In this document: positions 38,032 through 48,900 of the stretch, piece by piece
Position numbering within the stretch: the stretch's first letter is position 1
Layout: every line of letters begins with the position of its first letter
From: a virus
Lineage: Duplodnaviria > Caudoviricetes
Direction: 5' to 3' (one strand)
Length of the DNA stretch: 64,000 bases
IMG/VR virus record: IMGVR_UViG_3300037602_000018
Span: 1-64,000 of that record
Made by a program: the position numbers and the translations under genes
The notes under the pieces: generated by a model
The model's database searches: none
What the model was told of the DNA's origin: nothing
What the model saw: the letters and a program-made list of their open reading frames with translations, nothing else

Positions 38032-38727
38032 ATGAAAGTAGAATTAATTTCAAGTAGTATAGGAAGAAATTCTTATGACACTTTAAATAATGAAGAGATT
38101 ATTGCTGCTGTTGCTAGACATGGGAAAATTAAGGAAGATAATGGTAAATTAGTAAAATATTTAATGGATAATTCTCATTGGTCACCTCTTCAGCACATAT
38201 TCTTTGGATTTAAAATAGAAACTTCCAGAGCTATATCAGCTCAAATATTTAGACATCGAAGTTTACATTTTCAAGAAACTTCTCAAAGATATGAAGAAAT
38301 TACTGAGTTTGAAGATATTGAACTACGTAAACAACATGCGAAGAATAGACAAAGTAGTACTGAAATTTGTAAATTTACAAATGAAGATACCATTAAAATA
38401 AGTGATGCTAGTTATGGGGCAGGTTCTCATATGTTTGTACAAGATGCTTTAGAAGGTTATTTTAGGTACTCACAAGAATTATATAAAGGATTGTTAAACT
38501 TAGGAGTAGCTAAAGAATGTGCCAGAATGATATTACCTATGTGTAGTAAAACTACTATTCATGTATCTGGTACTCTTAGAGATTTGTTAGCATTTTTGAA
38601 TATAAGATGTGATGAACACGCTCAACTTGAGGTTAGAAATATTGCTACTAAAATGGGTGAGGAACTTGAAAAAGAACTTCCTAATATATTTAGTAATATT
38701 GACTGGAGAAATGGTTTATTTATGTAA
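38032..38727 (+). CDS. thyX: FAD-dependent thymidylate synthase
   Basis: HWSPLQH, RHRSLHFQETSQRY, ECARMILP and HAQLEVR motifs. Confidence 0.93.
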   Translation: MKVELISSSIGRNSYDTLNNEEIIAAVARHGKIKEDNGKLVKYLMDNSHWSPLQHIFFGFKIETSRAISAQIFRHRSLHFQETSQRYEEITEFEDIELRKQHAKNRQSSTEICKFTNEDTIKISDASYGAGSHMFVQDALEGYFRYSQELYKGLLNLGVAKECARMILPMCSKTTIHVSGTLRDLLAFLNIRCDEHAQLEVRNIATKMGEELEKELPNIFSNIDWRNGLFM

Positions 38728-38729
38728 GC

Positions 38730-39008
38730 ATGATAAGAACATCAAATAATAAAGCAAGTTATTATGTAGAAAATCAAATACCTTTTAAAGGAAGTAATAC
38801 ATTTGGAGAATGGAATCATAATTTATATATTGTATATAGTTATGGTAAACATTTCCCAATGTATTTATTTGATGGATTACATTGGTATGGTAACTCTGAC
38901 AAATTTAGTTCTAGCACTAGTAAACAACAAACTCAGTTACATCCAAACAAAACTATAATATGGCTTACTACAGATGAATTAAAAAGAATTATAAATGAAA
39001 GAGGATAA
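38730..39008 (+). CDS. Hypothetical protein
   Basis: YIVYSYG.HFP...SSSTSKQ. Confidence 0.65.
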   Translation: MIRTSNNKASYYVENQIPFKGSNTFGEWNHNLYIVYSYGKHFPMYLFDGLHWYGNSDKFSSSTSKQQTQLHPNKTIIWLTTDELKRIINERG

Positions 39009-39255
39009 TGTAACTTTATTAAGATTAAATGATGGGTTAAAGAAATCTTCTTATGAGTTAAGTTTTATTAAATGGGGAGAAGATGATAGAGCTTCTGACT
39101 TACTTAACAAACCTACTGTAGGAACAAGTGCTATTTTAGCTCCTTATAATAGAAATTATACTTGGTTAACTTCTCCTATTGTAGAAGTTATATCTATTAC
39201 GGAATTTAAAACTAAAAACTCACACTATAAAATAATTAATCTGAAAAAAGGGTAG
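38995..39255 (+). CDS. Hypothetical protein
   Basis: WLTSPI...FKTKNSHY. Confidence 0.65.
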   Translation: MKEDNVTLLRLNDGLKKSSYELSFIKWGEDDRASDLLNKPTVGTSAILAPYNRNYTWLTSPIVEVISITEFKTKNSHYKIINLKKG

Positions 39256-39271
39256 TAGTAAGATTATAATT

Positions 39272-39380
39272 TAAAACCACTCTCAGTACCCTTGCTCAAA
39301 TTAATAAGTAAAATTCTTATTAATCCCTGAAAGACCCGAAGTATATTATTATACAGGTTAAAGCTGTAGGAGTGGTTTTA
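39272..39380. other. Structured intergenic element (candidate ncRNA)
   Basis: Closing helix TAAAACCACTC/GAGTGGTTTTA encloses TTAATAAG/CTTATTAA and CCTG/CAGG hairpins. Confidence 0.45.
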
Positions 39381-39394
39381 TTAATTTAATAAAT

Positions 39395-39748
39395 ATGAAA
39401 AAATATCAATTACCAAAAGAATTTACAAAAAAATGGTTAACTGCTTTAAGAAGTGGAAAATTTAAACAAACTCAAGAAGAGTTATATAATAAAAATACTG
39501 GTGGATTTTGTTGCCTTGGAGTCGCCTGTGTAGTAGCTGGACACACTAAAAATATAAAAAAATATGGTTATGAAGGTTACATATCAGCAAAAACCTCTTC
39601 TGGTTTACCAGTTTTTAGAAAAATACCTGCTCAATTACGAGGAGAAGATAATCGTTTAGCTAAACATTTAGCTAGTTTAAATGATAACGATAATTATGCT
39701 TTTTCAGAGATTGCAGACTGGATTGAAAAAAATGTCAAATTAATATGA
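39395..39748 (+). CDS. Conserved phage hypothetical protein
   Basis: WLTALRSGKFKQ...FCCLGV...LNDN...FSEIADWIE. Confidence 0.7.
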   Translation: MKKYQLPKEFTKKWLTALRSGKFKQTQEELYNKNTGGFCCLGVACVVAGHTKNIKKYGYEGYISAKTSSGLPVFRKIPAQLRGEDNRLAKHLASLNDNDNYAFSEIADWIEKNVKLI

Positions 39749-40077
39749 GAGCAGTAATAACAATATCAGGAGATAGAAGTTATGACAATTACTCTGAATT
39801 AGCTATATTTTGTGACAAAGTATTAGAACAAATAGAAGATGTAACTATAATTACAGGAAGTAATGAAAGTACAGAAACTAATGCACAAATATATGCAGCT
39901 AACAGAGGTTACAGATTAAAAGTAATTGATGGTAATTCTATAGATAGACATCAGGAATTATTATGTGGAAGTGAAATACTAATAGCTTTTTGGGGAGGAA
40001 TAGATTCTGACACTAAATTATTAATTGATAAAGCTTATTGGTATGGTAGAAAAATTAAAGTATTAGGTTATATATGA
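39745..40077 (+). CDS. SLOG/DUF2493 (YspA-like) protein
   Basis: ISGDRSYDNY...IAFWGG...TKLLI. Confidence 0.6.
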   Translation: MRAVITISGDRSYDNYSELAIFCDKVLEQIEDVTIITGSNESTETNAQIYAANRGYRLKVIDGNSIDRHQELLCGSEILIAFWGGIDSDTKLLIDKAYWYGRKIKVLGYI

Positions 40078-40268
40078 GTGAAATTAAATTAACAAAAACA
40101 GGTGAACAAAAATTTACACCTATAAAAGTAAATATAGAATTTACTATTAATTCTCAATTAGAATTAGATGATATAAGAGAAGAATTTATTTCAGGTGAAT
40201 TTGATGAAATTACTACTCAATATTCTAGTAAGTTATATGATATTTTGTATAAATTAAAAGAATTATGA
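40074..40268 (+). CDS. Hypothetical protein
   Basis: Coupled ORF. Confidence 0.55.
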   Translation: MSEIKLTKTGEQKFTPIKVNIEFTINSQLELDDIREEFISGEFDEITTQYSSKLYDILYKLKEL

Positions 40269-40474
40269 ATTTAGAATTTAAAGATTTAGATGAAATTCAA
40301 TTTAAACAATTAAGTAAAGCTTCTGATATGGCAGCTTGTTTATTTGATATTAGAATGAATTTCTATAAAGAATTAATTAAATGGTCTGTACCTCCTTTAA
40401 CTGGAGAAGAAGTACTTCAAAAAGTATTTGATAAAATGGATGAATATGATATTAATGTAGAAGATTTAAACTAA
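40265..40474 (+). CDS. Hypothetical protein
   Basis: Coupled ORF. Confidence 0.55.
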   Translation: MNLEFKDLDEIQFKQLSKASDMAACLFDIRMNFYKELIKWSVPPLTGEEVLQKVFDKMDEYDINVEDLN

Positions 40475-41232
40475 TGCCAATATTAATAGGGAGTTCAGCA
40501 ATTAAACATTGGTATCCAGATTTTCCAAGAGAACCAAATGATACAGACTATGCTATTAGTAGCGATGAGAACTACAAAAGTAATATAAATGTAGAATATT
40601 TGGTTAATGACATTCTCATGCAAGTAGTAAATAAGCCTATACTTGAGCCTCAAATATTATGTACTCTTAAAGCATCTCATTTATTTTGGGATACTAATTG
40701 GGATAAACATATGTTTGATTTTCAATGGTTACAAGATAAAGGTAATACTATTGATGAGAAATTATTTTGGAAATTAGTAAATTATTGGGATGAAGTTTTA
40801 CCTAAGATAAGGAGAAGTAATCTTACTATGAGTAAAGAAGATTTCTTTACAAATGCTATTAATAAGGATACTGATGAACATGATTTTTTACATACTTTAA
40901 TTAATCCTATACCTATGTACACAAAATTATTAAAAGAGAATTCAGAAGTAGAACTGGATGAGAATAAGTGGTGTAAATTAGGTTTAGAAGATAAATTTAA
41001 AGTAATTAGAGAAGAAACATATGTAATGGCATATGAAAGATATTTTGGAAAATTACATTATGCTCATGGTTATTACAGACAACTAAGAGATAATATAATT
41101 AAACATTTCCCAAGATATATAGGATTAGAAGCAATTAAAAATTTTAAATTATTAATCAGACCAGAATTTGATTATTACAAAAAAATAACAGATGGAATCA
41201 ATAGAAGTAAAAGTTTTACAGGAGCTATTTAA
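40474..41232 (+). CDS. Putative nucleotidyltransferase-like phage protein
   Basis: LIGS...DTD (GS + DxD), TLKASH...KHMFD and HDFLH motifs. Confidence 0.55.
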   Translation: MPILIGSSAIKHWYPDFPREPNDTDYAISSDENYKSNINVEYLVNDILMQVVNKPILEPQILCTLKASHLFWDTNWDKHMFDFQWLQDKGNTIDEKLFWKLVNYWDEVLPKIRRSNLTMSKEDFFTNAINKDTDEHDFLHTLINPIPMYTKLLKENSEVELDENKWCKLGLEDKFKVIREETYVMAYERYFGKLHYAHGYYRQLRDNIIKHFPRYIGLEAIKNFKLLIRPEFDYYKKITDGINRSKSFTGAI

Positions 41233-41476
41233 GAATAAGAATAGTTATCTTGTATCAACAAAATCAGGCTATACAGGTGTAACTAATAGTTATGGTAGTG
41301 GTGTACAAGGTGAATGGAATGAAACATTTCATTTTTATAGGCATCCTAAAATGCCTGAGAATTTATTCTTTAGAGAAACCTATCATACAGATAGTTATGG
41401 AGATAATGAATCTATAGTAAGTATAGATTTTGTAGAAGGTAAAGAAAAAACAATAACAGTATTTGAGCCAATATGA
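41192..41476 (+). CDS. Hypothetical protein (paralog of next gene)
   Basis: YGSGVQGE...DSYG...EKTITVFE. Confidence 0.6.
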   Translation: MESIEVKVLQELFKNKNSYLVSTKSGYTGVTNSYGSGVQGEWNETFHFYRHPKMPENLFFRETYHTDSYGDNESIVSIDFVEGKEKTITVFEPI

Positions 41477-41886
41477 ATTACGAAGAAATAATAACAAGGT
41501 TAAAAGAAGGATTTAATAGTGTAGCTGATTTTGCTTATGATGAATACACAGAATTTGATGGGATAGAATTCCCAGATTATCATTTAGACAAATATAAAAT
41601 TACTAAAACCAGAGAAGATGGTACAGAATATGAAACTGTAGATTTTGATCAATACCAGAAAGATTGTGCTAGTTTAATAATTCCTGGAGGTTGGGAAGAA
41701 ATAGATTCTTATGGAGGTGAAGGTCAAGGAGAAACTTGGTATTCAATTAAATATTTCCCTGAACATAATATTTATATTCGTGTAGATGGATTTTATCAAT
41801 CTTATAATGGTACTGAATTCTATGATGGATGGAATTGTTGTAGTGAAGTTAGACCAATAGAAAAAACAATTACTGTATATGAGTAA
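41473..41886 (+). CDS. Hypothetical protein (GGEGQGE type)
   Basis: YGGEGQGE...QSYNG...EKTITVYE. Confidence 0.7.
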   Translation: MNYEEIITRLKEGFNSVADFAYDEYTEFDGIEFPDYHLDKYKITKTREDGTEYETVDFDQYQKDCASLIIPGGWEEIDSYGGEGQGETWYSIKYFPEHNIYIRVDGFYQSYNGTEFYDGWNCCSEVRPIEKTITVYE

Positions 41887-41889
41887 ATA

Positions 41890-41917
41890 ATAAGAGGGGA
41901 TTAATTTCCCCTCTTAT
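41890..41917. terminator. Bidirectional terminator between convergent genome arms
   Basis: Perfect ATAAGAGGGGA/TCCCCTCTTAT hairpin between the last + and last - gene. Confidence 0.8.
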
Positions 41918-41934
41918 AAAAATTTTGACTTTTC

Positions 41935-44900
41935 TTAGTAATAAAATTGCATCTTTTCTCTCACTTTATAATCAGCAAATTTCAATAATGGCACTAAATC
42001 TTGTACATCCTTTTTAAGTTTATATGTACCTTTTCTTATACCTGTTTCATATTGTTGTATTTCAAGATGAAGTAAATCAGAGAATCCTTGTTCAAATACA
42101 TCTACTACATTTTCTAATACACTTAATGATACAGCAGGATTTCTAAGAATTCTAAATGTTTCTCTTGGATTTGCAAAGAAAGCAAGTTCAGAATATAATC
42201 TTCTTGTAAAAAATGCTGACCAGTAAATTCTAGTTTGAAAATCTTCATTAGATTCATCATCTCCTAATTCTTTAAGAGCTAAACTTGCAAATAAAGCTAA
42301 TGCTATAAATCCAAATTCTGTAACAGCTTTCATAACGTTACCTTTCTGATAATCAGATAAACTATCCCATGAACCTTGAGCAGCTTGTAAGTTAAATCCT
42401 AATTCTTTCATGCCTTTATAAACTCCAACAATTAATCTTGTTGTTGAAGTATAATATCCTTCTTTAAATTCCTTAGTTGCTTCAGAATAAAAAGTATTAT
42501 CATCATTATCATCTTTAACATACTTAAAGCTTCTCCAACGTCTATCAAACCCTCTTATAATAAACTTTCTAAACATCATAATAGCTTTACCAAACCAATA
42601 TCTCTGAAGAATAGAATTCATTTCAGAATCATATTGTCCAAATAAATCAGCTTTGGTATCCCCTATTAAATTAGTGATGGATGTTTGACCTTCTATAGAA
42701 TCGTGTGTATTTCTAATATCAAATTCATTATGTTTTACATTAGAATTTAATTCAAGTTTACCATCTTTTACTGTATAGGCTTCTGCTAATGTCATAGCTT
42801 TAGATTTAGAAACTACATTACCTTTACTATCTATATATTCTCTTTTAGCATTCATTACTTTAATACTGGATAATACAGCATACATAACAGAAGCATGTTG
42901 GTAATATTCAGAACCATTCATCATAAACCCTAAATTAGATTTTGATAATAAAGCTTTTAATCTTGAATCTTTTGCAAATTCATTCTGTAGAATTTTAAAA
43001 TCTGAAAGACCTTTAAACTTATCTAAAAGTAATTGAGTTTTACTATTTTGATTTACAGTACCTTGTTCAGTCATTATATTAGTAAAATCTTTCCAAAATA
43101 ACTGTTCTCCTTTAAAGAAATTTTTAAGATATTTATTTCCTGTAGTTTCTATAATTTGAGAAATCTTACCTTGAATGGTGTTCACTATAGCAGCAGGAAA
43201 GTTAAAAGATAACATAAGATTACCAGTATAACCAGCTATGGCTCCAGATAACTTATTTATATCCATTCCTAAAAAGTCTCCAGCCTCAATAGCTTTTATT
43301 CCATAAAGTCTGTTTTCTATAGTAGATTTAAGAGCCTGATACTCATTACCCATATAGAAAGGCTTTTTAAGAGATTTATCACTTCTTAATAAATTAGTAA
43401 TTTTCTCCTTGTTGATACCTTTAGTTTCAAAATATAATTTTTGAGCTGAAGCTTCTAATATTAATTCTACAGTAGGAGCAACATTCTTCATGTTGTAGTA
43501 ATTAGTAGAAGTATAATTATTCATTAAGAATATAGTTCCTAAATCTAATGATTGATCTTTAGGATTTACTTTACCTCTGTAATATATAGGTACATCTCTC
43601 TGAATATGATTGGAGGCATCTCCTTTCATCATAGTGCTTCCAAATTCTGTATCATCAGCTTGTTTTTTAGTATATTTATCAAGCTTCATCAGCTCTTTAA
43701 CTTTACCTTCAGACATCATTTCAAAAGTAGATTTAGTTACAGAAGGTAGTTTTACAAAATAAGTACCATCTAAATCTTTATTTAATCTACTTCCTTTAGG
43801 TAATTTACCATCCTGAGCTAACACATCATTACGTAAGAAAGCTATAAATTTAAGTTGAAATTTATTTAATTTACTAAATGCAGGATTTTTCCATTTATCT
43901 ATAGGTTTACCTGCTTTAACATTAGCTTTTCTCCATGCTTTAAATTTATTATTAGCTTCTTTATATTCTTTTGAATCTAATCCGTATTCTCTCTCAGCTT
44001 CTAATTGAGCTAAGTACAATTCAGTATTTTGATTATAATATTCTGCTTTATATGGGCTTGTTAAATAATAATTACCATCTTCATCCTGTTGATATAAACC
44101 TTTATACATTTGTTCAGGATTTATACCAGAATTAGCTTTTTTAAATTCTAAAAACTCATCAATAAAATTCTTACGAGAATTCATAAATTGATTACGAGTT
44201 TTTTGTTGTCCTTCATCAAGTATTACAGATACTAACTGAATTACTTGAGAATTTAAACTTTTAGGGTCTTTAAGACTAGCCGTAGCATAACCCATATCAA
44301 AAGCTCCTTCTTCAAAATATTCATTCCATATATTAATTTCTTCCTGTAAAATATTATTTTTATTTTCTAATAGTTTTTCTATAATATATTTATCTTTTTC
44401 TTCGCCTTTTAAACCTAAGTTATTAGCTTCTTTTTGAAAATTATTTCTATATTTAGATTCTACTTTAGTAGATTTTTGAGCCATTCTTTTAGAGAACTCA
44501 GATTTAATAATTTTATTTCTCTCTTTAATTAATTGATTTAATACATTACTTGCTTCAGTAAAAGCTTTTTGTATTTCAGAATCATTAAGAATTTCATTAG
44601 CTTTATCAGCTACATTTTCAAAAGCTCCAAAATAATTATCAATAGCCATAAGATATTCTGAAGTAACAGTTCCTTCAGCTATTTTTTCTTTTAGTCTTAT
44701 TAAACTATGTTCAGAACTATTTAATACATAATCAGCAAATTTTAACATTGCTAATTTAGCATCTTTATCCTGTAAATCTTTTAATTCTGTATGTAAAGAT
44801 TCTAATTCATTTTCATAAGATTTACCTTCTTCAGTAGCTTTTTTACCCATTCTTGAGTTAAACCTTTTCTGAGAACCTAATCTTAATTCTACTATACTGG

Positions 44901-45939
44901 CAGCTTCATTAACTAATTGCTCCTGAGTTTTGATTTTTTCATCAAGTTTAACCTTTTTAGATTGTACATAATCAGATATTTCACCTTGAACTATTTGTTC
45001 ACTAATTAAATCCTTGGCTAAACTTTTAAGCTCATTTCTACTTTGACCTGTTAATTTTTCTATAAATTCAAAGAACCATTCAGTAAATCTATTCCACCAT
45101 GATTGTTTTTCAGTATTGTTCCATATTTGAGAACCTTCTAAACCTAATGCAGTAGCTACAATTTCTTTATCTAATCTTTCTCCATCTAATTCAGGATATA
45201 GTTCTATAATATCAGATTCTATCTTAGAGCCATTTAACTTAGCTCTAGCAGCTTTAATTCTTGTATTGGACATACCACCTATCATATCAATAAAGATGTG
45301 TCCAAACTCATGTATTACAGTGTCAGAGAATAATTTATTAGGATTAATCTTAATTACTGGTTTACCATATTGTTTAGTTAATGGGTCTGACTTAGCTAAT
45401 ACTTTACCAGATTCTTCCATAGTGTTATCTTCTAATACTACAGCATTAAATTTAGCTTTTAAAAATTCTATTTGATCTTGTACTTCATCTAAACTTCTTA
45501 AATCTCCTTCAGAAAAATTTTGACTTTCCTCCTGCTCCATAAGAGCTTGGTCTCCATTGTAATAATTTATATCTCTTTTAAATTCTATATCAGAATTATC
45601 GAATAAAGATTCAGATTCTTTCTTATCTACTATATATAACATAGCAGACTTACTATCAGAAGTTAATTTGTAAATAATTTTTTTATCTAAGAAATTTTTA
45701 TTTACTTCTCTAATATCTCTACGAAGATTTTGTAATGTACCTCCATCTTTGCCTAAAGGAATAAACTTACCTTTCTGAGCATTATAAAGTTTAAGTAATC
45801 TTTTAAGTGCTTTATTAGGATTGGTCTTAGATTCACTCCAATTATATCTTTTATTCCATTCAAGCATTATTCTAGATTCACCTACTTCAGCAAGTAAATC
45901 TTTATATTCCTTAGAATTTTTGTTTGGACAAGCTATCAT
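41935..45939 (-). CDS. Large virion/ejection protein with zincin-like HExxH
   Basis: 1334 aa; MIACPNKNS N-terminus; VIHEFGH; adjacent to the virion RNAP. Confidence 0.7.
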   Translation of the reverse strand: MIACPNKNSKEYKDLLAEVGESRIMLEWNKRYNWSESKTNPNKALKRLLKLYNAQKGKFIPLGKDGGTLQNLRRDIREVNKNFLDKKIIYKLTSDSKSAMLYIVDKKESESLFDNSDIEFKRDINYYNGDQALMEQEESQNFSEGDLRSLDEVQDQIEFLKAKFNAVVLEDNTMEESGKVLAKSDPLTKQYGKPVIKINPNKLFSDTVIHEFGHIFIDMIGGMSNTRIKAARAKLNGSKIESDIIELYPELDGERLDKEIVATALGLEGSQIWNNTEKQSWWNRFTEWFFEFIEKLTGQSRNELKSLAKDLISEQIVQGEISDYVQSKKVKLDEKIKTQEQLVNEAASIVELRLGSQKRFNSRMGKKATEEGKSYENELESLHTELKDLQDKDAKLAMLKFADYVLNSSEHSLIRLKEKIAEGTVTSEYLMAIDNYFGAFENVADKANEILNDSEIQKAFTEASNVLNQLIKERNKIIKSEFSKRMAQKSTKVESKYRNNFQKEANNLGLKGEEKDKYIIEKLLENKNNILQEEINIWNEYFEEGAFDMGYATASLKDPKSLNSQVIQLVSVILDEGQQKTRNQFMNSRKNFIDEFLEFKKANSGINPEQMYKGLYQQDEDGNYYLTSPYKAEYYNQNTELYLAQLEAEREYGLDSKEYKEANNKFKAWRKANVKAGKPIDKWKNPAFSKLNKFQLKFIAFLRNDVLAQDGKLPKGSRLNKDLDGTYFVKLPSVTKSTFEMMSEGKVKELMKLDKYTKKQADDTEFGSTMMKGDASNHIQRDVPIYYRGKVNPKDQSLDLGTIFLMNNYTSTNYYNMKNVAPTVELILEASAQKLYFETKGINKEKITNLLRSDKSLKKPFYMGNEYQALKSTIENRLYGIKAIEAGDFLGMDINKLSGAIAGYTGNLMLSFNFPAAIVNTIQGKISQIIETTGNKYLKNFFKGEQLFWKDFTNIMTEQGTVNQNSKTQLLLDKFKGLSDFKILQNEFAKDSRLKALLSKSNLGFMMNGSEYYQHASVMYAVLSSIKVMNAKREYIDSKGNVVSKSKAMTLAEAYTVKDGKLELNSNVKHNEFDIRNTHDSIEGQTSITNLIGDTKADLFGQYDSEMNSILQRYWFGKAIMMFRKFIIRGFDRRWRSFKYVKDDNDDNTFYSEATKEFKEGYYTSTTRLIVGVYKGMKELGFNLQAAQGSWDSLSDYQKGNVMKAVTEFGFIALALFASLALKELGDDESNEDFQTRIYWSAFFTRRLYSELAFFANPRETFRILRNPAVSLSVLENVVDVFEQGFSDLLHLEIQQYETGIRKGTYKLKKDVQDLVPLLKFADYKVREKMQFYY

Positions 45940-48900
45940 TAATTACAATATTTTTTTATAAATTCATTTAATGCTGAGAAAGTATTAATACTTTCAAGTT
46001 CTTTTAATAATTCTGAAGAATTTTTAAGTTCACTAATATCTTCTATTACTAAATTTTTTAACTCATTTAATTCTTCTGGAGTACCTTCAGATTGTGTTAA
46101 TCTATTTTCTGAAGTTTCATCTTTATTCAACCATTCATCTAAAGTTTTATCTTTAATTCTTTTAGCTACTGGTAATTTAGGAGAATTCATTTTAGGTAAT
46201 ACAAAGTCTAATTGTTCTGTATTAAATATACTTTCTGGTGTATATTCATTAATTTTTAATCCTCCAGGTTGTTGAATACCTAACGGATTAACTCTGACAT
46301 ATACTCCGTTTTCCTGATTATCATTACCTACCCATTTATATAAATTAAATTTATTTTTAGAACCTGTTTTTAAATAAGGATAATAAATTTTAGCTTTATC
46401 TAAAGAATCAATTCTGTAATTTTCTGAGTCTATAGAAAATACATCTTTAATATTAAAATTTTTACCTTCTGTATTAACTACAGGTCTTTTTTTAATTCGA
46501 TCTGCTAATTTAGGAATAATTTTATTATCTGCAATCTTTTGTTTATAATAAACATCTAAAGCATTATCTAATAAATTTATATTGTTAGACTCCTCTATTT
46601 GTCTTATAAATCCTGATTCATACATCCATTCATGTGGGATATAAGGGACTAAAGACATAATAGCATTTTGAAAACCTGTAGAATAAAACGCATGTTTAAC
46701 TAATTTATCAGCTAAATCTGGGTGTGTTTGCATTAATTCTTTCCAACCCTGATACATCATATCATTAAAGTATTCAGAATCAGCTCTTAATTGATTAACT
46801 CCTATAAAAGAATATTCTCCAAAATTAAATTCCAGATTGTCTATGAATTCATTAGTACCTCTTAATTTATAAATTTGTTGAGGTAAGTCTGTAAATAAAG
46901 ATTTAATATCAGTTTCTCTTAATACTGGAATCTGACTATAGAATATAGAATAAGTGTCTTTAATTATATCTCTTAATAACTTATGATTAGTTAAAGAGTT
47001 ATCTGTTTGTAAAGCAATAATATCCATAAATTCTGACTGTCTATAGATATTTTGAAATAACTCTTTAGTAATTTCATCTATTAAATCAATGGAATTTCTA
47101 TAGTAAGCTCCCATAAAAGTATTATCAAACTTAGCTAAGAAATTCTCAACTAATCCTTCAGTAACTACTTTACCAAATAATTTTTTAGAAGCTATTAAAG
47201 TTGCTAAGTCATTACCAGCTCCATTAGTGTCTACCTTACTTGCTACTACAGAATCTCTTAATGCTTTAGAAGCATCTTGAAGTTTAAGAAAAGTTTTAAG
47301 TATTTGAAGTTGATATTCTTTAGATTCTTCTAATGTTATAGTAGCTTCATTTGAAAATTCAAATTTTAATGCCTTTTCAAAACTTTCAGTACTAAAATTA
47401 CTTATAGGTTCTAATTCTTTAAATAATTTATCATTAGCACCATACTTAGCTAATACTTTATCTATAGGCTTAATTAATTTCCCATTAACATATTGTTTTT
47501 CATATACTTTACTTTCTTGTTTGTTAGTTTCTTTAACATAATCTACAAGAATAGGTTGCATTAAAAAACCATTAATCTGATCTATAGGTACTCCAGCTCT
47601 TGCTAATAAGAAAGCAACATTAGCTGTTAATGTATTATGATTACCTTTAGTAATATAGTTATCTTTAGCAATATCCACATAAGCGTTCAAAAATGCAGAT
47701 AGTACCTGACTAATTTTTTGTTTACCATCAGTAGTATATTCCTGAGATAAATCTATTAATCCATTTAACTCATGTCCTACCTGATAATCTGTAGCTAACA
47801 TAATCTCAGCTAATTGACTTAATGGATGGTCTACCACATGGTTAGCAGTTTGTCCTACACCAGCTTTACCACCCATGTAAGCAAACTTAATGTTTAACTG
47901 ATTTACTCCATCAAAGAAATTTAATTGAGTTTGTTCAGATTGTGGTCTTAATGCATCTAATCTTTCAATAGAATCCTTTAAGAAGTTAGCATCTAAAGGA
48001 GTCATTTTATCTATATATGATTTAGGGTCATTAAGAATATCTATATAAGCCTGTATTAATTTATTCTTAATTCCTTTACTTCCTTGTTCAGCATATTGTA
48101 TATTTTTAAATATCATTTCATCTGAATGAAATTCAGTCATGTATTTAAATACAATTTTACTATATTCTGATTGACTGTATTTTTTATTAAAATCCTCTAC
48201 AGTAAATAACTTATCATCTGGAATAAATCCTTCATTTATATACCAATTTTCATCTACTTCATATATACTATTAAGCATATCATCAGCAGATAAATTATAA
48301 GTATCTATAATATTTAAAGCTGTATTATACCATGATAAGTCTGGAACTGTATTAAATTCAGGCATCATTACATACATCTTATCAATATCAAAGTCACTAC
48401 CTGTTTTAGTAGTAATTTCTGAATAAGGTACAATTGTATCTCCCATTAAGTCAGGTAGTATTCCAACAACTCTTAAATTATCATTAGAACTCATACCTTG
48501 GTTAGGAATACGATACCCCACTATATCAAATATTCTGGAGTCCACTACTTCCATTAACTCATTATAAGGTATTTCTCTCCAGTTAGGTATATATTTACTT
48601 AACCATCCACCAGATATTAATACTTCACCTGGTTTACCTTCTAATGGAGGAGCTAAACCTTTATCAGCTAATCTTTCAATTTCATCAGTTAACCAATAAA
48701 TACCTTCTTTTTCAGTAGTAGTTAATTTATCTAATCCAAAACTAGACATCTGAATTAATCCACCACCATTAGTAGTTATCTTAGTAGTTCTTTTATTAAC
48801 CCATGAGAAAATTAAATTCTGAATTCTATTTAAATGTTGAGGTAAAGCTTCGTAACTAATACCTTTCTTTAAAGCTTCTATAATATTATTACCAGCTTTT

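Noticed and set aside
39322-39345. Hammerhead ribozyme
   Set aside because: CTGAAAGA does not match the CUGANGA core, and no properly placed stem II plus GAAA follows.
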